From Desulfomonilia bacterium (lineage in GTDB: Bacteria > Desulfobacterota > Desulfomonilia > UBA1062): a DNA stretch of 64,000 nucleotides. The notes under the pieces are model-generated. The model saw only the letters and a program-made list of their open reading frames with translations, searched no databases and was not told the origin of the DNA. This document shows positions 1 to 9,414 of this stretch, piece by piece. A program made the translations under genes and the position numbers. The DNA lies in NCBI GenBank assembly GCA_963664325.2, contig CAXXDQ010000003.1, positions 960,001-1,024,000 of the forward strand. Reading direction: 5' to 3'. Position 1 is the stretch's first letter; the number at the start of each line of letters is the position of its first letter.

Positions 1-1
1 C

Positions 2-1021
2 ATGCATGCCTATCTGAACAGGAACAAGAAGTCACTTTCGCTAGATCTGAAAAAGCCTGCCGCACTCACAATTATTCAAAAACTCGTAACTGAGCAGGGA
101 TATGATATTGTTGTTGAACAGTTCAGGCCAGGTGTTATGGCGAGGCTCGGACTCGGATATGAAGCTCTGAAAAAAATCAAGCCTGACATTATTTATTGCT
201 CTATTACCGGCTATGGACAATCGGGACCGTTAAGAAACAGGGCGGGGCACGATATAAATTACCTGAGTCTTTCAGGTGTAATGGGTTATTCGGGGAATAA
301 GGAGACAGGTCCTGCACTCATGGGCATCCAGGTTGCCGACGTAACCGGTTCGCATGCCACGGTCATAGGCATCCTGTCGGCTGTCCTTGACAGGAAGAAT
401 TCAGGCCGGGGCCGGCATGTCGATATTTCCATGACAGACTGCATGTTCCCGTTTCATGCCGTGACCGGGCTTAAGGGCTTATATGAAGATAAAGAGCCAT
501 GTTTCGGGAGCGATGCATTGAACGGAGGCTCTTTATACGGTTTTTATGAAACCTCTGACGGGCGGTATCTTTCGTTCGGGGGCATCGAGCCGCAGTTTTT
601 AAAGGCATTTTTAACGGAACTCGGAATTGCCGATCTGATTGAGGGCGGAATCATGTCCGAGAGTGAAGTCGGGGAACTCCGCAAAAAGGTGGCCGGGATA
701 ATCATGACAAAGCCACTCTCCTGCTGGAAAGAACGTTTTGAAAAAATTGACGCCTGCGTCGAGCCTGTTCTGACCGTCAGTGAAGCGATTAATACTCCTC
801 ATGCAAAAGACAGGGGTCTTATTGTTGATGTGCCTATGAATTCAGGCGGAAAATTTCCTCAGCCGGCCCTGCCTATAAAATGCAGCGGTTTTGTTGCCCG
901 TTACAACTGGGCAGGCTGTGAACTCGGGAGGGATAATGAAAGCATCCTGACTTCTCTCGGCTACACCAAGGCAAATATTGCTGAATTAAGAGCACTCGGG
1001 CTCTTCGGAATAGAAACATAA
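2..1021 (+). CDS. CaiB/BaiF family (class III) CoA-transferase, 5' end cut by window edge
   Basis: Family motifs LNRNKKSLSLDLK, VEQFRPGVMARLGLGYE, ITGYGQSGP, GHDINY; the N-terminal region is missing. Confidence 0.9.
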   Translation: MHAYLNRNKKSLSLDLKKPAALTIIQKLVTEQGYDIVVEQFRPGVMARLGLGYEALKKIKPDIIYCSITGYGQSGPLRNRAGHDINYLSLSGVMGYSGNKETGPALMGIQVADVTGSHATVIGILSAVLDRKNSGRGRHVDISMTDCMFPFHAVTGLKGLYEDKEPCFGSDALNGGSLYGFYETSDGRYLSFGGIEPQFLKAFLTELGIADLIEGGIMSESEVGELRKKVAGIIMTKPLSCWKERFEKIDACVEPVLTVSEAINTPHAKDRGLIVDVPMNSGGKFPQPALPIKCSGFVARYNWAGCELGRDNESILTSLGYTKANIAELRALGLFGIET

Positions 1022-1038
1022 TAATAAGGAGGAGTAAG

Positions 1039-2502
1039 ATGGGAGGGATTGTTTCATTCGGCGGATATATTCCGCGTTACCGGATCACTAGGATGAACAT
1101 TGTCCAGAATATGGCATGGTATTTCCCGGTGATAATGGCGGTTGCAGGCGGCGAAAAGGCTGTAGCCAACTGGGACGAGGATGCCATCAGCATGGCTGTT
1201 GCAGCCGGCTGGGACTGTATGGGAGGCAAGGACAGGAAGAAGATTGACTCTGTTTATCTGGCGTCAACGACGCTGCCTTTTTCCGACAGGCTCAATGCAG
1301 GCATAGTAGCGGCAGCGCTGAATGTGCGGGAAGAGGGCTCTATGCATGCCGATTTCGGTTCATGCATAAAGGCCGGCACTACCGCCATGATAGCAGGGTT
1401 GGAAGCGGTAGGATCAGGCAAGCGAGGGAATGTCCTTGTTGCGGCTTCTGACCTCCGCCGAACGAAAATGGCTACAATGCTTGAAATGTTCTACGGCGAC
1501 GGTGCAGCAGCCGTACTGCTGGGCAATAAAGATGTTGTTGCAGAGTTCATAGACAGTTATTCCATCAGCTGCGACTTTATTGACCACTATAAAGGTTACG
1601 GCAAGGAATTTGACTATAACTGGGAAGAACGATGGGTGCGGGACGAAGGCTACGGCAAGATAATCCCCGAGGCAGTCAAAGGCTTTCTCAAAAAAGCGAA
1701 TCTGGCGATAGGCGATTTCGCAAAAGTCATTTATCCGTGCTATTTTACAGGCACACACAAGCAGATTGCCAAGGAGCTTGGAATAGAGCCGGCAAAGCTT
1801 CAAAACAACCTGCATGACGGCATCGGAGATACGGGAACGGCGCATCCGCTCCTGATGCTTGTTGCCGCACTTGAAGATGCGAAACCCGGAGAAAAGATAC
1901 TGCTTGCAGGCTTCGGCCAGGGATGCGACGTGCTGGGTTTTACGGTAACCGACAAGATACTTGCATTGCAGGGTTCACGCGGGATCAAGAAGTGCATTGC
2001 CGGAAAGGTCGACATCGGCAGCTATCAGAAATTCATCAAATTCAGGGATCTCATCGAGGCCGATCTCGGGATCAGGGGAGAGGCGAATCCGAATACGTCG
2101 CTCACCGTTCTCTGGAGGAAGCACAAGATGATTCTGGGCATGGAAGGAAGCAAGTGCAAAAAATGCAGCACCGTACAATTCCCGTCACAGCCCATCTGCG
2201 TAAAGCCCGACTGCGGCAGCACCGAGTTTGATCCATGCGAGTTTGCAGACAAATCCGGCAGTGTAGCAATGTTCACAGGCGACCTCCTGTCGCCATCAGT
2301 TGATCCGCCGGCAGTTTATGGCATGGTCGAATTCGATGGAGGCGGCAGGACAATGCTCGATTTCACAGATTGCAACCTCAACCAGGTCAAGGTCGGCATG
2401 AAGGTGAAGATGTCTTTCAGGAGAAGGTATACTGACAATATGAGGGGTTTCACAGGCTATTTCTGGAAGGCCTTGCCCCAGGTGGAAGGGCAGGAGGTGT
2501 AG
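1039..2502 (+). CDS. HMG-CoA-synthase-like domain fused to DUF35 (Zn-ribbon + OB-fold)
   Basis: N-terminal GYIPRYRI, DEDAISMA, GDGAAA, IGDTGTA; C-terminal CKKC...C(x4)C ribbon and OB-fold ending GYFWKA; AAGGAGG RBS. Confidence 0.85.
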   Translation: MGGIVSFGGYIPRYRITRMNIVQNMAWYFPVIMAVAGGEKAVANWDEDAISMAVAAGWDCMGGKDRKKIDSVYLASTTLPFSDRLNAGIVAAALNVREEGSMHADFGSCIKAGTTAMIAGLEAVGSGKRGNVLVAASDLRRTKMATMLEMFYGDGAAAVLLGNKDVVAEFIDSYSISCDFIDHYKGYGKEFDYNWEERWVRDEGYGKIIPEAVKGFLKKANLAIGDFAKVIYPCYFTGTHKQIAKELGIEPAKLQNNLHDGIGDTGTAHPLLMLVAALEDAKPGEKILLAGFGQGCDVLGFTVTDKILALQGSRGIKKCIAGKVDIGSYQKFIKFRDLIEADLGIRGEANPNTSLTVLWRKHKMILGMEGSKCKKCSTVQFPSQPICVKPDCGSTEFDPCEFADKSGSVAMFTGDLLSPSVDPPAVYGMVEFDGGGRTMLDFTDCNLNQVKVGMKVKMSFRRRYTDNMRGFTGYFWKALPQVEGQEV

Positions 2503-2503
2503 G

Positions 2504-3709
2504 ATGGCAAGCGGAATAAGAGATAAGGTTGCCATTATCGGAATGGGTTGTACAAAATTCGGAGAGCGCTGGAATTCAAGCCCCGAAGACCTTATGGTAG
2601 AGGCATTCAGCGAGGCGATAGCCGATGCGGGCATTGAAAAGAAAGAAATTCAGGCGGCATGGTTTGCAACATGTTTTGACGAGGCTAGCGTCGGCAAGAG
2701 CGCACTTCCGCTTTCTATGGCGCTGAGATTGCCCAATATTGCCGTAACAAGGGTGGAAAATTTCTGTGCCAGCGGGACTGAGGCCTTCCGCGGTGCGGTT
2801 TATGCCGTGGCCTCGGGCGCATATGATATCGTTCTGGCTCAGGGAGCGGAAAAACTTAAGGACATCGGTTATGGCGGCCTTCCAGAGTTCAGCTCGGCAA
2901 TGGGCACGACAAACGCACTGTGGTTCCCGAATGTGACCGCACCGGGCAGTTTCGCCATGCTGGCAAGCAGTTATGCAGCGAAATACGGTCTGGACATGCA
3001 GGATATAAAACGCGCCATGGCCCACATCTCCGTCAAGAGCCATGCAAACGGCGCACTTAATCCCAAGGCCCACCTCCGCAAACCTGTAAGTGAAGATCAG
3101 GTGCTTGCAGCGCCGATGATTGCCTATCCTCTCGGGCTGTTTGACTGCTGCGGGGTCAGCGACGGCAGCGCATGTGCCATCGTGACCACTCCCGAAATAG
3201 CAAAATCTCTCGGTAAAAAAGATATAGTTACAGTCAAAGCGCTTCAGCTTTCGCTTTCCAACGGTACTGAAATCGCCTATGGCTGGGACGGCGCACACTT
3301 CGTCACAACCACCAAAGCCAGTAAGGAAGCCTATGCCGAGGCAGGCATAAAGAAGCCACGCGAAGAACTCAGTATGATAGAGGTCCATGACTGCTTTTCC
3401 ATCACGGAGCTCGTTACCATGGAGGACCTTCATATATCCGAGCGCGGTAAAGGCCCTAAAGACATCCTCGACGGGTTCTACGATGCGGCCGGAAAAGTGC
3501 CGTGCCAGATCGACGGAGGCCTCAAATGCTTCGGCCACCCGATCGGCGCATCCGGGCTTCGTATGGTCTATGAAATGTATCTGCAGTTCCAGGGTAAAGC
3601 GGGCCAGCGCCAGCTCAAAAACCCTAAATTCGGCCTGACTCACAACCTGGGCGGACTGCCGGTCATGAACGTCTGCTCGATATCTATTTTGGGCAGGTAT
3701 GAAAAATAG
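2504..3709 (+). CDS. SCP2-type thiolase / acetyl-CoA acetyltransferase
   Basis: ENFCASG (catalytic Cys), EVHDCF, GHPIGASG, THNLGG. Confidence 0.9.
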   Translation: MASGIRDKVAIIGMGCTKFGERWNSSPEDLMVEAFSEAIADAGIEKKEIQAAWFATCFDEASVGKSALPLSMALRLPNIAVTRVENFCASGTEAFRGAVYAVASGAYDIVLAQGAEKLKDIGYGGLPEFSSAMGTTNALWFPNVTAPGSFAMLASSYAAKYGLDMQDIKRAMAHISVKSHANGALNPKAHLRKPVSEDQVLAAPMIAYPLGLFDCCGVSDGSACAIVTTPEIAKSLGKKDIVTVKALQLSLSNGTEIAYGWDGAHFVTTTKASKEAYAEAGIKKPREELSMIEVHDCFSITELVTMEDLHISERGKGPKDILDGFYDAAGKVPCQIDGGLKCFGHPIGASGLRMVYEMYLQFQGKAGQRQLKNPKFGLTHNLGGLPVMNVCSISILGRYEK

Positions 3710-3711
3710 AT

Positions 3712-3819
3712 GATAAGCTGTTGGGTGGATCGGAAAAAGTTATTAAGCTGATTGTTGATTAGTAAACGCCAAAATGACTTTGAATCTGCTCAACAGCTTA
3801 TCGGTTCAACAGCTTAATA
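3712..3819. repeat. Interleaved inverted repeats in an intra-operon spacer
   Basis: gataagctgttg (3712-3723) pairs with caacagcttatc (3791-3802); tattaagctg (3741-3750) pairs with cagcttaata (3810-3819). Confidence 0.6.
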
Positions 3820-3836
3820 TCTGATTTGGAGGAAAA

Positions 3837-4286
3837 ATGGCTGATAAAACTAAAGTCGGTAAAGAATATCCGCCTGTAATCTGGGAGGTGGAAAAGGGCA
3901 AGATCAGGGAGCTTGCAAGGGCGATAGGCGACCCGAACCCTGTTTATGCTGACAGGAAAGCAGCGGTAGCGCAAGGATATAAGGATGTGGCTGCAAGCCC
4001 GACATTTCTGACTGTGCCTGCAATGTGGTGCAATATACTCGCAACTGTTCTGTTAGATGCCGGGGTTAATGTCGCGATGGTGCTTCACGGGGAGGAGGAA
4101 TACGAGTATCTGGCGGAGATTTATCCCGGTGATGTGCTGACCGGCGTGCCAAGGCTGGCGGCTGTCGAGGAAAAGCAGAGCAAATCGGGAAGGACAATGG
4201 ATATGGTGACGATAGAAGTCGATTACACGAACCAGCGCGGCGAGAAAGCGGCCCGGGCCAGGACGCTGATAGTCGAGCGGAAATAG
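3837..4286 (+). CDS. MaoC-like dehydratase N-terminal-type (hot-dog fold) subunit
   Basis: VEKGKIRELARAIGDPNP, ASPTF, VLHGEEEYEY...PGD. Confidence 0.85.
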   Translation: MADKTKVGKEYPPVIWEVEKGKIRELARAIGDPNPVYADRKAAVAQGYKDVAASPTFLTVPAMWCNILATVLLDAGVNVAMVLHGEEEYEYLAEIYPGDVLTGVPRLAAVEEKQSKSGRTMDMVTIEVDYTNQRGEKAARARTLIVERK

Positions 4287-4298
4287 GGGGAGCATGCC

Positions 4299-4721
4299 AT
4301 GGCGCTTTATTTTGAAGATGTGAATATCGGCCAGGATATGCCAGAACTGGTGAAGGGGCCTGTGCAGAAGCTGCAGCATGTCATTTACGCAGGGGCCTCC
4401 GGAGATTTCAATCCGCTTCATACCGACGATGACTTTGCAAAGGCTGTCGGCATGAAGGATGGTGTTATAACACACGGCATGTTCATAATGGGGACCATCG
4501 GACAGGCGATAACTTCGTGGGTCGAGAAAAAAGACCTGAAAAAATTCGGAGTAAGGTTTCAGGGCATGACAAGACCAGGCAATACGATAACGGTTACCGG
4601 AAAGGTTATTGACAAAGTGATGGATGGAAATATTATTATCTGTGAAGTTCAGGCCGCTGACGAATCTGGCGATATCAAGGCAACAGGCCGGTTCACTGCA
4701 AAGCTTCCCAATAAGGGATAA
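4299..4721 (+). CDS. MaoC family (R)-specific hydratase/dehydratase
   Basis: Hydratase-2 motif YAGASGDFNPLH...HGM. Confidence 0.9.
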   Translation: MALYFEDVNIGQDMPELVKGPVQKLQHVIYAGASGDFNPLHTDDDFAKAVGMKDGVITHGMFIMGTIGQAITSWVEKKDLKKFGVRFQGMTRPGNTITVTGKVIDKVMDGNIIICEVQAADESGDIKATGRFTAKLPNKG

Positions 4722-4741
4722 ATAAATCGAGGAGGATTGGC

Positions 4742-5650
4742 ATGTCAAAAATTGATTTAGCAGGAAGGGTTGCAATAGTAACGGGCGCGGGTGCGGGGCT
4801 TGGCAAGTCTCATGCGCTGGAGCTTGCAAAACACGGGGCCAAGATCGTTGTCAATGACCTGGGCGGCTCACGCGACGGTCAGGGCGGAAGCCATACCGCT
4901 GCAGAGCAGGTTTGCGCTGAAATCAAAGCCCTTGGCGGTCAGGCTGTCCCGAATTTCGACAGTGTTGCAACAGTAGCCGGAGGCGAAAACATAGTGAAAA
5001 CGGCAGTGGATGCATTCGGCAAGATCGATATAGTCGTTAACAATGCAGGCATACTTCGCGACAAGTCATTCGGCAAGATGGATGAAGAAAGCTGGGATCT
5101 GGTTAATTCGGTTCATCTGAGGGGCGCTTTCTGCGTCACGAAACCTGCATTCAATTTAATGAAGGAGCAGGGCTATGGCAGGATAGTCATGACGACATCC
5201 GGTGCGGGCCTTTTCGGCAATTTCGGCCAGACAAACTATGCGGCTGCAAAGACAGGTCTTATAGGGCTTACGAATGTCCTCAAGCTGGAAGGTGCAAAAT
5301 ACAATATCAAGACAAATGTTATCGCCCCTATTGCCGCATCACGTCTCACCGAAGATGTCATGCCCCCGCAGCTGCTTGAGAAGATGAAGCCTGAATTCAT
5401 TACCGCGCTCGTCGTATACCTGTGCTCCGAGCAATGCCAGGATTCGGGTGCCATAATCAATTGTGCCGTGGGCTATTACAGCCGCACTGCGCTTGTAACA
5501 GGCAAGGGCGCAATCCTGTCAGACGGCAAGAGAATACCGGCTCCAGAGGAGATAATGGAGAACTGGGACAAGATAATGAATCTTGACGGAGCCAAGACCC
5601 TGGGCCAGCTCAACGAAATCTTCGGCGAATTCAGCCAGCTCCTGCAGTAA
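4742..5650 (+). CDS. SDR oxidoreductase, MFE-2/HSD17B4-like 3-hydroxyacyl-CoA dehydrogenase
   Basis: TGAGAGLG, VVNDLGG, NNAGILRD, NFGQTNYAAAK (YxxxK). Confidence 0.9.
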   Translation: MSKIDLAGRVAIVTGAGAGLGKSHALELAKHGAKIVVNDLGGSRDGQGGSHTAAEQVCAEIKALGGQAVPNFDSVATVAGGENIVKTAVDAFGKIDIVVNNAGILRDKSFGKMDEESWDLVNSVHLRGAFCVTKPAFNLMKEQGYGRIVMTTSGAGLFGNFGQTNYAAAKTGLIGLTNVLKLEGAKYNIKTNVIAPIAASRLTEDVMPPQLLEKMKPEFITALVVYLCSEQCQDSGAIINCAVGYYSRTALVTGKGAILSDGKRIPAPEEIMENWDKIMNLDGAKTLGQLNEIFGEFSQLLQ

Positions 5651-5666
5651 TTTATCGTAAAAGAAT

Positions 5667-5707
5667 GTGGCAGCCCTCTTTCTGAGAAACTGAGGGCTGC
5701 CGCTTTT
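5667..5707 (+). terminator. Intrinsic terminator of the acyl-CoA operon
   Basis: Stem gtggcagccctc / gagggctgccgc followed by tttt, 17 nt after the SDR stop. Confidence 0.7.
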
Positions 5708-6056
5708 ACCCTGGTTTATATCAGATTGCCCTGTATTATAAAGTATCGGCTTCATGCCGGGAATTTCCGTCTGCAAATCAGCTCCATTAGTGCATATGTC
5801 AAATGGAGATTATTGCCATTGAAATTACATAAGTGATGGTCTGACACCATACCATATTCTGCAGTGATATTATCTCTTGCGTTGAACTGGCATCCCTGAT
5901 CTCTTTGCGGCTTCTTATTAAAGGAGAAAACAGATGGATTTAAAAGTCTAAAGAAAAAAGCGTTAAAACCCGAATAGATTATCAGGCCGATGGGGCAAAG
6001 ACCCCATTACAGCTCTGTTGTTGCAGACAAATAAGCTTATGATCAGAAGGCTTGAT

Positions 6057-7490
6057 ATGGATAAGGAAAAGATACTTAAAAATGCATCTTTCACAACTCG
6101 GGAAAATGTGAAGATCCTGAAGATAAAAGGATCACCCTATGAAATGGGCTACCAGCACGGCTTTCTGCTGGCGGATAAAATCAAGCTTATGGTTGAAAGA
6201 ACCCTTCTTGCCACGACGGCATATGTCGCAGCCCAGACAGGTGAGAACCTGAAAACCGCTGAAGACCTTATGCTGCTTGGCCAGAAAGCCGCCGAACCAT
6301 TTTTACCTCAGGAATTCATGTATGAGATGCAGGGTATTACGGATGGAGCCAACGATTCGGGCAGAACTGAAATCACCTTAAAACAGGTACTCCTCTGGAA
6401 TACCAATTATGATCAATGGTGCATATATTGCCATCCGCATTACTGGCAAGCCGATGGGAAGGCGCAGAAAAGAAGCTTAAGCAGAATCATGACCGGCTCT
6501 GGCGGTTGCAGCAGCTTCAGTGCCTGGGACGAATGGGCCGGCGGCGATGGCAAACTGATTTTCTGTAAGGATGAAGACAATTTTAATATGCCGTTCCAGC
6601 TGGAAAACCGCATGATGGTCATAGCTGATCCGGATGAGGGATACTCCCACATGTTTATGACCTACCCCGGAATGATAGGACTGGATGGCGGGTTCAGCGA
6701 CGCCGGACTCGAAATGATGACGCAACTCAACAGCATGAAAGATGAAACCATGGAGGGCTGCGGCATAGGTGTTTTTACACGCCTGCTGCTTACTCGTGCA
6801 GGCACGCTTGATGATGCGGTCAACATATTCAGGACTCATCCCAGATGTACCGGCATCGCTTATCATGTCGCTGATGCAAAAGAAAAAAAGGCTGCCATAA
6901 TAGAGACTTCATCTAAAATGGTTTGCGTTCGTTATCCTATGCAGAACACAAAAGCAATATGGCAAACCAATCACTCCAATTGTTATCCCGGCTGGATGGG
7001 TTACTCGGGATACAATATGGTTGCCGATCAGGCGCCGGTTAATGAATTGAAAGATATTTCAACAATTGAGAACTGGCAGAACGGCTTGAAGGATCCGTAT
7101 AATTTTTATGTACAGGCGCCCAGCCGCTTTGAACGTTACAGGCAACTGATTCACGACTATTATGGAAACATCACACCTGAGAATGCCATCAGAATCATGA
7201 GCGATCGGTTTGACCCCTATACAAATATGGAGCGGGCCAGGGAAATGCCTTCATGGACAAACAACATCCTTTGCACTATTTGCGCCGATTATCCCGATTT
7301 TTCATTTCAAGCCGCAGAACCTGTCGGAAAATTCAAGGCTCATATAGCCAACATGTGGAGTTTAATTGCCTACCCGGAAACAGGGGATTTCTGGCTGGCC
7401 ATAAATGATTTTCCTGCGCAATACGGCGGATATGTTAAATTCAACCTGAAAGAACTTCTGGCCTCTCTTAATAATTCGCCTGCTGCCTGA
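6057..7490 (+). CDS. C45 family autoproteolytic acyltransferase/hydrolase (Ntn fold)
   Basis: GSPYEMGYQHG N-terminus, GGCSSF autocleavage Cys, QTNH; start moved to ATG 6057. Confidence 0.75.
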   Translation: MDKEKILKNASFTTRENVKILKIKGSPYEMGYQHGFLLADKIKLMVERTLLATTAYVAAQTGENLKTAEDLMLLGQKAAEPFLPQEFMYEMQGITDGANDSGRTEITLKQVLLWNTNYDQWCIYCHPHYWQADGKAQKRSLSRIMTGSGGCSSFSAWDEWAGGDGKLIFCKDEDNFNMPFQLENRMMVIADPDEGYSHMFMTYPGMIGLDGGFSDAGLEMMTQLNSMKDETMEGCGIGVFTRLLLTRAGTLDDAVNIFRTHPRCTGIAYHVADAKEKKAAIIETSSKMVCVRYPMQNTKAIWQTNHSNCYPGWMGYSGYNMVADQAPVNELKDISTIENWQNGLKDPYNFYVQAPSRFERYRQLIHDYYGNITPENAIRIMSDRFDPYTNMERAREMPSWTNNILCTICADYPDFSFQAAEPVGKFKAHIANMWSLIAYPETGDFWLAINDFPAQYGGYVKFNLKELLASLNNSPAA

Positions 7491-7608
7491 AGCAAACCGG
7501 CATGACAGATGCAAGGAATTGAATATCCTTTCAAGGGAGCTGCTGCGGTTGGTGTTATTTGCATGAAGCGGCAGTGGTTCTGATCATATCTGAACTTGTT
7601 ATGAATCA

Positions 7609-9219
7609 TCAGACCGAGAATATCTGTTCATAGGTTTCTCTTTTCTTGAGGTATTCGATTGAGCCGTTTTCCATGACAAGAACCCTGGACGGCCTGGGAA
7701 AGGAATTCGTATTGGCGGCAAAAAACTGGGAATTGTAGGCCCCGGTGCAGCAGACAATCAAGATATCCCCCTTCTTCGGCCTGTGCTGAAGTTCCACTTT
7801 GCATTTTGCCAGCATGTCGCTTGAAAAGCAGAGCTGTCCGGCGATGAAGGTTTCGAAAGGCTGCTCATCCCTTGTGTTCAACTCGGTGGCCATCAGCCAG
7901 CGGTTGAATGGAATACCGGACATGGCTGCAGCAAAGTTTGTCTCTCCCATGTTAACGGTCGTCATATTATGCAGGCCGCCGATTTTTCTGATTCTGAGGA
8001 CTTTAGATAGTGTAACGCCGCTTTCTTCGGCTATGCTTCGTCCGGGTTCAATGACAAGGACCGGTTCGCCGATCTCCTTAAGTGCCGAAACCGTGTTGAT
8101 GCTCCGGCCTTCAATATTTATATTGCCGGAAAGGATGGCCTTCAGCATGCTTTCTTTGGCATACTCGCAGTAATATTCCTTTCCGGTGAAGTTCAGCTCT
8201 TTCTCCTTATCCTTTCTGGAGACGCTGAACCCGCCAAGCCCGCCGGCCCATGTCCAGATTGCGGACCTGTCGCCTTCAAGAGATTTGGAGTATCCGTACC
8301 TGATTTTATCAAGGACATGTTCCCATTGCTCCTTTGTCAGGTAGCTCACAGGATAGCCTCCGCCGATATTGATCATGCTGCATTTATGTCCGTTTGAAAT
8401 AAGGGCTTTGCTCAGTTCAACCAGTTTTCCCATTGCAAACAGGAACGGTTCAGGTCTGGTGACCTGCGAGCCGATATGTACGTGGAACCCCATGAACCTG
8501 ATATTTTCCCTCTTTTTAAGGGTTTCGAAGAACTCCGGGATGTCATTAATACTGCACCCGAATTTTGTCCATGATCCGGCTGTCGTAATGTGCGCGTTAA
8601 TTGTACCTCCTCCGTTAAGCCCGCTGATCCTGAGCATCACCCTGGGGAATTTCCCGAGGGAGGAAGCCATTTCGGAAACCATATGAAATTCTTCAATATC
8701 GTTTGCAATAATGAGCATGTCATTGGCGATGGCTGCAGCGATAAGCTCATCGGATTTTGCATTGCCGTTCACATCGATGCGTTCAGGACTGATGCCGCCG
8801 TCAAGGGCGCATCTGGCCTCATTATCTGAGGCGACATCGGCGCCCGCCCCTTCCTGCTTGAGAATCCTGAAGACACCCGGATGGGAGCAGGCCTTGGCCG
8901 CATAGCGTATTTCCGCATTTTTATACAGTTCCCTGAAGACCTGCTGGTAGGCCCTGATATTGCTCCTGATCTGTCCGGCATACTGGACATGCAGGGGCAT
9001 ACCATAATACTGGTCCCACCATGATACGGGATAGCCGGCGACATATGCCTGGGATTCCGACAGGTTTACAAAACCGGGACCGCCCGCAAAATCTGGACGA
9101 AAAAATTCGCTGTCTTTTTCGGCCGCCTGCACGGTGAAAATATCAGTTCCGATAAACCCGGAAGCCAGTGCTGCCGAGGCGGTCAGTTTGATAAAGTCAC
9201 GGCGTTTTATTTCCATCAT
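7609..9219 (-). CDS. PLP fold-III (diaminopimelate decarboxylase-like) enzyme with a Tat signal
   Basis: YAAKAC (PLP Lys), HVHIGSQ, NIGGGYP, EPGR, GQLCFSSD, GAY; N-terminus KRRDFIK...VQA; GGAGG RBS before ATG 9219. Confidence 0.8.
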   Translation of the reverse strand: MMEIKRRDFIKLTASAALASGFIGTDIFTVQAAEKDSEFFRPDFAGGPGFVNLSESQAYVAGYPVSWWDQYYGMPLHVQYAGQIRSNIRAYQQVFRELYKNAEIRYAAKACSHPGVFRILKQEGAGADVASDNEARCALDGGISPERIDVNGNAKSDELIAAAIANDMLIIANDIEEFHMVSEMASSLGKFPRVMLRISGLNGGGTINAHITTAGSWTKFGCSINDIPEFFETLKKRENIRFMGFHVHIGSQVTRPEPFLFAMGKLVELSKALISNGHKCSMINIGGGYPVSYLTKEQWEHVLDKIRYGYSKSLEGDRSAIWTWAGGLGGFSVSRKDKEKELNFTGKEYYCEYAKESMLKAILSGNINIEGRSINTVSALKEIGEPVLVIEPGRSIAEESGVTLSKVLRIRKIGGLHNMTTVNMGETNFAAAMSGIPFNRWLMATELNTRDEQPFETFIAGQLCFSSDMLAKCKVELQHRPKKGDILIVCCTGAYNSQFFAANTNSFPRPSRVLVMENGSIEYLKKRETYEQIFSV

Positions 9220-9414
9220 CAGTATCCCCTCCGCATACAATAAAAGCTATCTTAAGCCCGAGATGCAATCCTTTTTTTACCATATCCGGTTTTTCCTGGT
9301 GAAGGAAACAATATACTTGCAAGCAGTATTTAAATTATATTATTTTGATCCCCGTATTGTTTAACTGTCTGAGTTTTAATGTATGCAAAATATCTTACAT
9401 ATGAGGAGCAGCTC

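Noticed and set aside
5920-5951. RBS-like AAGGAG followed by a five-codon ORF (MDLKV)
   Set aside because: Too short to support; could be chance or a gene remnant
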